In this document: one piece after another, positions 1 to 5,014 of the stretch
How positions within the stretch are numbered: position 1 is the first letter of the stretch
Layout of the letters: every line of letters begins with the position of its first letter
Source of the DNA: Candidatus Heimdallarchaeota archaeon B3_Heim
Lineage (GTDB): Archaea > Asgardarchaeota > Heimdallarchaeia > Hodarchaeales > Hodarchaeaceae
Assembly (NCBI GenBank): GCA_003144275.1
Contig: NJBF01000103.1
Span: forward strand, 1-5,458
Length of the DNA: 5,458 nt
Direction: 5' to 3'
Notes under the pieces: generated by a model
What the model was told of the DNA's origin: nothing
The model's database searches: none
Seen by the model: only the letters and a program-made list of their open reading frames with translations
Made by a program: the position numbers and the translations under genes

Positions 1-468
1 TTCCACTTGTGGTCTACCCTCTTTAAAACAAATACTGAAAATACTCTCTGCCCTCATAGCTAAAACGTCATCTGATATTTTAGCAAATAATACGTTCTCT
101 AAATTTTCTATCTTAATAATTAAAGGCTCAGAGGTAATTTTTTCTTCTAATGTCCATTGAGAAGCATTTATTTTAAAAATTACTGAGGGTTCTTCTGGAG
201 TTCCAGTAATTATAAATTCTTTTAATTGTTTTACCCTGCTGGTAATTGTTCCAGGGAGAGTTCTACCCACTAATTCTTTTTCTAAATATGCTACTCGCTC
301 AACCAAAGATTTTTCTTGAACTATTCCATAAATAGCCTTCTCTACCTGAGATAAATCTTCAATTAATATTACTTGGGAGACTTCCGCAGCCCAGGAAAAC
401 TGAGCTAACACTGAAGTGCATATAAAAGCTGCTATTAACATAAAAGAAAATAATCTTTTAAATAACAT
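1..468 (-). CDS. Exported hypothetical protein with ~19-aa helical repeats (5' part only, runs off the window start)
   Basis: Absent from the supplied ORF track because no stop lies in the window. Manual translation from ATG at 468 is open for 156 codons: MLFKRLFSFMLIAAFICTSVLAQFSWAAEVSQVILIEDLSQVEKAIYGIVQEKSLVERVAYLEKELVGRTLPGTITSRVKQLKEF...KEGRPQVE. SD-like AGGTGAT at 479-473, 4 nt before the ATG. N-terminus resembles a signal peptide (basic KR, hydrophobic core, small residues). Confidence 0.85.
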   Translation of the reverse strand, partial: MLFKRLFSFMLIAAFICTSVLAQFSWAAEVSQVILIEDLSQVEKAIYGIVQEKSLVERVAYLEKELVGRTLPGTITSRVKQLKEFIITGTPEEPSVIFKINASQWTLEEKITSEPLIIKIENLENVLFAKISDDVLAMRAESIFSICFKEGRPQVE

Positions 469-489
469 TAAGATCACCTGCCTTTTTAA

Positions 490-549
490 TAGTCGTTAGT
501 ATATGGTTAGCGTATAGCACATAGCAAAAAGCGCAAAACGTAAAACTGT
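490..549 (+). repeat. Degenerate heptamer tandem array
   Basis: TAGTCGT TAGTATA (TGGT) TAGCGTA TAGCACA TAGCAAA AAGCGCA AAACGTA AAACTGT: 7-nt periodic units drifting in sequence. Confidence 0.6.
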
Positions 550-607
550 AACTCAAAATTAAAAACCTTTTCCGTATTACTCATTGAGGTATCGCTTGAA
601 GATTTAT

Positions 608-646
608 CCCCCTCACTCTAATCCTCTCCTTCAAAGGGGAAAAGGA
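608..646. repeat. Degenerate pyrimidine/purine REP-like element
   Basis: CCCCCTCACTCTAATCCTCTCCTTCAAAGGGGAAAAGGA is an imperfect hairpin in otherwise AT-rich DNA. From recall it resembles the dispersed CCCTCACCCTAACCCTCTCCC...GGGAGAGGG intergenic repeat; not verified by search. Confidence 0.4.
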
Positions 647-698
647 ATAAACTTAAAACTATTAACTGGATAACTAATATCCTATCGGCTATATATTA

Positions 699-723
699 TT
701 CTGACTTCTGGCTACTGTCTTCT
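699..723 (+). repeat. Short heptamer array
   Basis: TTCTGAC TTCTGGC TACTGTC TTCT. Confidence 0.55.
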
Positions 724-736
724 AAATTCTTTTTTC

Positions 737-771
737 TTCACTATTCACTATTCACTAACGACTAACGACTA
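737..771 (+). repeat. Heptamer tandem array (5 units)
   Basis: TTCACTA x3 followed by ACGACTA x2. 761-773 (ACTAACGACTATT) is the exact reverse complement of 488-500 (AATAGTCGTTAGT). Confidence 0.9.
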
Positions 772-775
772 TTTT

Positions 776-804
776 ATTATAATATTATTCCATGAATTCC
801 GCAA
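776..804 (-). promoter_or_regulatory. Putative sigma70-type promoter for the 1-468 gene
   Basis: Minus strand TTGCGG (804-799), 17-nt spacer, TATAAT (781-776), located just downstream of the OmpM-like gene terminator. Predicted start near 769. Confidence 0.55.
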
Positions 805-828
805 ATGCTTTTCAAAAAAAACACTAAT

Positions 829-864
829 AAAAAAATAGCCCCCGGAATTTCTCCGGAGGCTATT
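829..864 (-). terminator. Rho-independent terminator of the OmpM-like gene
   Basis: Minus-strand AATAGCCTCCGGA-GAAAT-TCCGGGGGCTATT running into a T7 tract (835-829). The single non-Watson-Crick pair is a U:G wobble on this strand. Begins 30 nt after the stop codon. Confidence 0.9.
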
Positions 865-893
865 CCTATTATCTTACTAAGCTAATAATAAAA

Positions 894-2549
894 TTAGAAG
901 CTTACTTCGACTCCAGCTTCGAGAACACTGTCGGTACCAGTGATTTCTAAATCATCCCAATCATTGATGTCATCTTCCCAATCATTGTACTCGAATCTGA
1001 CAAATATATCAGTATTTTCAGCAACAGCATATTCTAACTTAGCTTCTGCACTATACACCGCTGCACCATCAGTATCAACACGGCCTTCCAAGAGAAGTGT
1101 CATATCTTCTTCGAAGTCGTAAATCAAAGTTGCAACACCCATATAATCTCCTGTCAGCATTGCATATTCAGCATGGGCACTGAGAATAAATTCGGTATCT
1201 TCTTCATCGCCCAAAGGCAGATTCACATATTCAGCTTCTATATCAATGCCACCGGTTAATACATCATAAGTGGCACCTACCATTGCTTCTTCTTCAGCGT
1301 CTGCATCTATAATAAAAGCTAATTCAGCACCAATCTCATGAGTTAGATTGATTGCAAAAGCGGCATCCATCTCATAATTCCAGCTTGCTTCAACATCAAT
1401 TTGGGTATCATCGTCCTCATCGGTAAGCGGGAATCCAACGGTTACATCAACTCCCAATAAATCAGCGTCCCAGTCAGAATTTGTAGGAACAAATCCTGGT
1501 TGCACGTAATAAACATCTACATCCAAATTGAAGTCATCATATTCACCAGACAATGACCCTACACCAGCAAAAGCCATAGCAGCACCGTAGAACATAGCTG
1601 CCTCTGCGGCTACTGTAGTGTCATCCTCATCTCCAATATCAAAGGACAAGTCAACACTAGCAGCATAACCGACAGCTAAAAGATCATAGGAAGCTGTAAC
1701 ACCAATAGGAATATCATCATCTCCTGCTTCGAAACCAATATTTAAGATGTAGAAGTCTTCAACATCCATAAATAGGGTCCATGCTCCAAGATCTGAATCA
1801 TCTTCATCCCATGTCCACTGTGCCCAGGCGCCATAAAACTCTTCTTGATAAGTATCATAGGCATAAATTAATCCTAATCCAATGTCCTCGCCATCCAGGT
1901 CAATTTCACCAACTAACAGGTGTAAATCTTCACCATCATGTTCTAACCAAAAATCTGCATCATCAAGGGTAACAGCTTCATTAAGAACATCTATCCATGT
2001 AAGTTCAATGCCAGCATTAGTTGTATCATTGATTTCAACTGCTATGTTTAGTGAGGTTTCGTCTGTGATGGTAGCAGGTGCCATTGCCGGAAGAATGACC
2101 TTTTCATATGTAACTTCAACGCCACCAGAAATAGTAACCGGTTCAAAGAAGGTATCTAATTTGGCAACTGTTGTTTCCAAAGCAGCGATTGCTGCAGTGT
2201 GCGCACCTAAAGCAGCCTCTAAATCAGCAACGGTTACTCCTAAGCTAGCTAATTCGTCGGCAAATTCAATGGCTAATTTCTCTAAGATTGCTACATCATC
2301 AGCAGCAGCAAAGTCCATGCCTTCAACATAGGCCAATGCTTTAGCTACTGCTTCAGCAAATTCGTAACGGGTTAGAGATTTTGCTCCACCAAATGTGCCA
2401 TCAGGATAACCTACGATAACTCCTTTTGCGGCTAAACTTTGAACTGAATCATATGCCCAGTGGTTTAAAGGAACATCTACAAAAGGATTAGCAAGTACTG
2501 GGAGTGCAAAAGCTAATACTAGTACTAATACCAATACTAATTTTTTCAT
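894..2549 (-). CDS. OmpM-like outer-membrane tether/porin: signal peptide + single SLH domain + coiled-coil stalk + C-terminal beta-barrel
   Basis: 551 aa. Signal peptide MKKLVLVLVLVLAFALPVLA. SLH motifs FVDVPLNHWAY, GVIVGYPDGTF, LTRYEFA. Stalk motif LEKLAIEFADELASLGV. Remainder has alternating hydrophobic beta-strand patterns and ends in VLEAGVEVSF (terminal Phe, BAM beta-signal-like). SD AAGGAG 8 nt before the ATG. Confidence 0.85.
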   Translation of the reverse strand: MKKLVLVLVLVLAFALPVLANPFVDVPLNHWAYDSVQSLAAKGVIVGYPDGTFGGAKSLTRYEFAEAVAKALAYVEGMDFAAADDVAILEKLAIEFADELASLGVTVADLEAALGAHTAAIAALETTVAKLDTFFEPVTISGGVEVTYEKVILPAMAPATITDETSLNIAVEINDTTNAGIELTWIDVLNEAVTLDDADFWLEHDGEDLHLLVGEIDLDGEDIGLGLIYAYDTYQEEFYGAWAQWTWDEDDSDLGAWTLFMDVEDFYILNIGFEAGDDDIPIGVTASYDLLAVGYAASVDLSFDIGDEDDTTVAAEAAMFYGAAMAFAGVGSLSGEYDDFNLDVDVYYVQPGFVPTNSDWDADLLGVDVTVGFPLTDEDDDTQIDVEASWNYEMDAAFAINLTHEIGAELAFIIDADAEEEAMVGATYDVLTGGIDIEAEYVNLPLGDEEDTEFILSAHAEYAMLTGDYMGVATLIYDFEEDMTLLLEGRVDTDGAAVYSAEAKLEYAVAENTDIFVRFEYNDWEDDINDWDDLEITGTDSVLEAGVEVSF

Positions 2550-2668
2550 TTTTTTTCTCCTTGGTTTTTTTATATTTCCAGTTAGCTAACCTTTAAGGAA
2601 AATTTATTAATTGAGTATCCAAAGTTCCCTCATCAATATCTTCTCTTTTTAGATTGCTAACCGGTTTT

Positions 2669-2763
2669 TATATCATCTTTACTTAAATTAAAGCAGGTCC
2701 AAGTATTTTTCACCTCCTTTCTACCTACTTTAACCAATCTGAGATGATATACTTTTATATCAT
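2669..2763 (-). promoter_or_regulatory. Putative structured 5' leader element with loop-displayed SD and 4-codon micro-ORF
   Basis: Helices 2751-2742:2678-2669 (10 bp, perfect) and 2733-2723:2698-2688 (11 bp, one G:U). Loop contains AAAGGAGGTGA (2720-2710). TTG GAC CTG CTT TAA at 2702-2688. Competing hairpin 2763-2756:2751-2744. Confidence 0.5.
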
Positions 2764-2782
2764 TCTCCCATACTAAATACAT

Positions 2783-2810
2783 ATACTACATCGATGTTTA
2801 AAAATCCTTC
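2783..2810 (-). promoter_or_regulatory. Possible SigH-like promoter
   Basis: Minus strand GAAGGATTT, 12 nt, GTAGTAT, versus the Bacillus sigmaH consensus RNAGGAWWW-N11-12-RNNGAAT (one mismatch in the -10). Confidence 0.3.
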
Positions 2811-2936
2811 TTTTTTTTGAAAATATTTTAAAAAAATTTAAAAAATTTTCGATATTTTCCCCATGTTCATATTTTATAAGGTATTTTTTATACAAATAAT
2901 TCACCATAATGTTATATATCTATTGTTATTGTTTTT

Positions 2937-2966
2937 ATTATAATTGTTAATGTATTGCAATGTCAA
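2937..2966 (-). promoter_or_regulatory. Consensus sigma70/sigmaA promoter upstream of the OmpM-like gene
   Basis: Minus strand TTGACA (2966-2961), 18-nt spacer, TATAAT (2942-2937): both hexamers are perfect. Implies a leader of about 380 nt. Confidence 0.75.
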
Positions 2967-3039
2967 ATAAATTTTGTATTTCGTATCTCGCGAAGATAAC
3001 AAAAATCGAGAATCAGAATAAATTCAAAATAAAAACTCC

Positions 3040-3062
3040 GTAGGACAGGCGTCTCGCCTGTC
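3040..3062 (+). repeat. GTAG-type REP element, copy 1
   Basis: GTAG + GACAGGCG-TCT-CGCCTGTC (8-bp perfect palindrome directly after the GTAG tetranucleotide). Confidence 0.75.
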
Positions 3063-3067
3063 TACAA

Positions 3068-3091
3068 GGGCACAATTCATTGTGCCCCTAC
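3068..3091 (-). repeat. GTAG-type REP element, copy 2 (different sequence, opposite strand)
   Basis: Minus strand GTAG + GGGCACAAT-GA-ATTGTGCCC (9-bp perfect palindrome), 5 nt from copy 1. Confidence 0.75.
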
Positions 3092-3147
3092 AGTCAGTAC
3101 ATAACTATAATATATTAATAAAGAAGAGATTAATATTGTAATTAATA

Positions 3148-4299
3148 TCAGTCGGAAGTTAGGGGGTTCGAAGAAGAAATAGGGTTAGCTTCCATTCTCA
3201 CTCTCAAGGGACCCGTACTCCAAGTATCATAAATTGAGATTACTGTAACTTTCATTATTGTACCCGATTCTACAATAGTCTTTACTGTATTATATAGATT
3301 AACTGCTGATATGGATCCTACAAAACTGGATTTGGGATCAGGAATGATTCCTCTCCCTACTGCCAAAATATTTACTTTTCTTAAAAGAGTTAAAAGTTCT
3401 TTTTCCACTTCGCCAGGCACTTTAAAACTTTCAATTTCCCATGAAATAATTTCTTCGTCTATTTTAAAGACTAATTTATTCTCCAAGGTTTTAAAATGTG
3501 CTGCTATAGGTTCTCCTTCAACCACGTTTATTGAAGATAAAAGTCTCACTATCATCTCTTTATCACTATCATATATCTTCTGTACTATATCTTCGAATTC
3601 ATTTTGAGCGATAATGAACACCTGATTGGTTCGCTCATCCTTTTTAGCTCCCATGACTAATACTTTATTGGAAGCTTCGTTCAAAAATCTAATTAACTCT
3701 TTCTTTATTTCTTCAATCGGCCTTTGCCCTTGAATAATAGTCAGCGCAATCTGTTCGTCCGACCCAAAAATAACCTCTCCTTCTCTAATCCAGGCAATTC
3801 CAGAGTAAAGAGCTTTTATGGTGGCATTTAATTCTTCTACTTCTTCAGCCAGCTTCTCTTTTTCTTCTATCAAACTTTCCCTAATCATCAACAATTCTTC
3901 TAATTGACCTGTTTTATTTTTTATGTCTTCAGATAATTCCTGATATTTCTCTTCCATTTCCTGTAATTGAGTAGTTTTTTCCTTTAGGTCTTCTTTGGTA
4001 GAGGATAGCTGCATGTTTCTTAACTCTACTTCCCGGGATAAATTGGAAAGTTTTTCCTTTAACTCCTCCATTCCGAATAGGGCGGTTCTAACATCATTAG
4101 AGGAGATAGCAAGTATGGTTACTGTAATAATGGCAATTAAAATACCACTAATTATAGTGATAAATATTGCTGTAGAGTGTGGGCGCAAGCCAAAGATAGT
4201 TACTCTTTTTTTGCCTATTTTAAGGCCTACCCAGTCACCAACAAAAGCTATTAAACCACTGATTATGATAACTGTAAATACTAAAATAAGACTGTACAT
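3148..4299 (-). CDS. DUF3084-family protein (N-terminal transmembrane helices + coiled coil + C-terminal soluble domain)
   Basis: 383 aa. N-terminal GLIAFVGDWVGLKIGKKRVTIFGLRPHSTAIFITIISGILI matches the pattern I recognise for DUF3084. Heptad-rich E/K/L segment at about residues 75-165. SD AAAGGAG at 4316-4310. Confidence 0.8.
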   Translation of the reverse strand: MYSLILVFTVIIISGLIAFVGDWVGLKIGKKRVTIFGLRPHSTAIFITIISGILIAIITVTILAISSNDVRTALFGMEELKEKLSNLSREVELRNMQLSSTKEDLKEKTTQLQEMEEKYQELSEDIKNKTGQLEELLMIRESLIEEKEKLAEEVEELNATIKALYSGIAWIREGEVIFGSDEQIALTIIQGQRPIEEIKKELIRFLNEASNKVLVMGAKKDERTNQVFIIAQNEFEDIVQKIYDSDKEMIVRLLSSINVVEGEPIAAHFKTLENKLVFKIDEEIISWEIESFKVPGEVEKELLTLLRKVNILAVGRGIIPDPKSSFVGSISAVNLYNTVKTIVESGTIMKVTVISIYDTWSTGPLRVRMEANPISSSNPLTSD

Positions 4300-4328
4300 G
4301 TCTTTTGGACTCCTTTCAGTCGTCCGTT

Positions 4329-4368
4329 TAGTTAGTTACTTAGTTAGTTGGTTAACTGGTTAGCTAGT
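4329..4368 (+). repeat. Octamer tandem array A (5 units)
   Basis: TAGTTAGT TACTTAGT TAGTTGGT TAACTGGT TAGCTAGT. Confidence 0.9.
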
Positions 4369-4412
4369 TAAGAATACAAATACAAGAAACATGACAATAC
4401 AATTTACCAATT

Positions 4413-4469
4413 AATTTGGTTAGCTGGTTACTTAGTTAACTGGTTAACCGGATTAACTAGTTAGCGGGT
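4413..4469 (+). repeat. Octamer tandem array B (about 7 units)
   Basis: AATTTGGT TAGCTGGT TACTTAGT TAACTGGT TAACCGGAT TAACTAGT TAGCGGGT. Confidence 0.9.
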
Positions 4470-4515
4470 TAATGTTAGTTCACCAGATTTTCTAACCAAA
4501 AAATACTAAAAATAC

Positions 4516-4935
4516 TTAAAGATACTGTTGGATTTGTTCATTAATTTTTGTTGTTTTTGGGTAAGTTTTTACTTGTGATCTTAAATAAGTAATTAATTTA
4601 TTAATTGACATAGATATTTTCTGTGCATGATTATAAATAGTTTCGAACTCTTCCTTATTAATATAGTTTAGGTCTAAAGAAATGTATAGATCGTTTTGTA
4701 CTTCGGATATCGAAGCTCGAGATATTATTAAAAAATTTATAAATTCTTTTGTTGATCTTCTGTTAAATCCTTCAGCAATATTGGACATGATGGAAACTGA
4801 AGCTCTTCTTATTTGCGAAGTTAAACCATATAATTCTTCTTTTGGGAATCTTTTAGATAAGATATAAATTCTATTAGTAAGTTCTCTCGCTTCCTGCCAA
4901 ATAGTCAGCTCTTCAAATGATTTTACAGTTGGCAT
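4516..4935 (-). CDS. Four helix bundle protein (23S rRNA intervening-sequence protein family, TIGR02436/PF05635-like)
   Basis: 139 aa with family motifs SFEELTIWQEA, FPKEELYGLTSQIRRASVSIMSNIAEG, STKEFINFLIISRASISE. SD-like AAGGGA 7 nt before the ATG. Confidence 0.93.
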   Translation of the reverse strand: MPTVKSFEELTIWQEARELTNRIYILSKRFPKEELYGLTSQIRRASVSIMSNIAEGFNRRSTKEFINFLIISRASISEVQNDLYISLDLNYINKEEFETIYNHAQKISMSINKLITYLRSQVKTYPKTTKINEQIQQYL

Positions 4936-4982
4936 ATGAAGTTCCCTTCATTATATTTCTACTTTATTTCTTTGCAAATTTC

Positions 4983-5013
4983 TAACCAGCTAACTAAGTA
5001 ACCAGCTAACTAA
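4983..5013 (-). repeat. Octamer tandem array C, inverted relative to A and B
   Basis: Plus strand TA ACCAGCTA ACTAAGTA ACCAGCTA ACTAA; its units are exact reverse complements of the TAGCTGGT and TACTTAGT units of array B. Confidence 0.9.
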
Positions 5014-5014
5014 T

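Larger units (their letters stand above)
4329..5013. mobile_element. Candidate repeat-bounded four-helix-bundle cassette inserted between lptB and the DUF3084 gene
   Basis: Single small gene bounded by inverted octamer arrays (31-bp IR, 29/31). No transposase or target-site duplication was identified, so mobility is inferred only. Confidence 0.4.

Noticed and set aside
940-2331. Plus-strand ORFs 940-1122, 1781-1972 and 1882-2331
   Set aside because: They lie antisense within the OmpM-like gene, are Ser- or His-rich as expected from the reverse complement of Asp/Glu/Ala codons, and have no recognisable motif.
2505-2540. Hexamer-like repeat encoding LVLVLVLVL
   Set aside because: Explained by the hydrophobic core of the signal peptide; synonymous positions vary (TTA/TTG/CTA), so it is not a clean slippage tract.
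2578-2591. Palindrome GTTAGCTAAC resembling the octamer family, in the OmpM-like leader
   Set aside because: A single 10-bp occurrence with no array; chance cannot be excluded.
2974-3020. Possible heptamer remnants (TTGTATT TCGTATC TCGCGAA; AATCGAG AATCAGA)
   Set aside because: Only two or three poorly matching units in AT-rich DNA; too weak to call.
3106-3111. Plus-strand TATAAT
   Set aside because: No plausible -35 at 16-18 nt and no plus-strand gene downstream.
3311-4363. Plus-strand ORFs 3311-3607 and 3995-4363
   Set aside because: Antisense shadows of the DUF3084 gene; the tail LVSYLVSWLTG of the second is simply translated octamer repeat.
4498-4526. AAAATACT-like repeats around the four-helix-bundle stop codon
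   Set aside because: Low-complexity, with three imperfect units and no partner copy on the other side of the gene, so not usable as a target-site duplication.
4682-4867. Plus-strand 61-aa ORF
   Set aside because: Antisense to the well-supported four-helix-bundle gene, with no motif.
4516-4935. Literal annotation as part of a 23S rRNA gene
   Set aside because: The flanks are protein-coding (lptB, DUF3084) and no rRNA sequence is present; the family name is historical.
4329-5013. CRISPR array or diversity-generating retroelement interpretation
   Set aside because: The repeats are contiguous 8-mers with no spacers and no cas genes. Despite the Avd fold relationship, no reverse transcriptase or template/variable repeat pair is visible.
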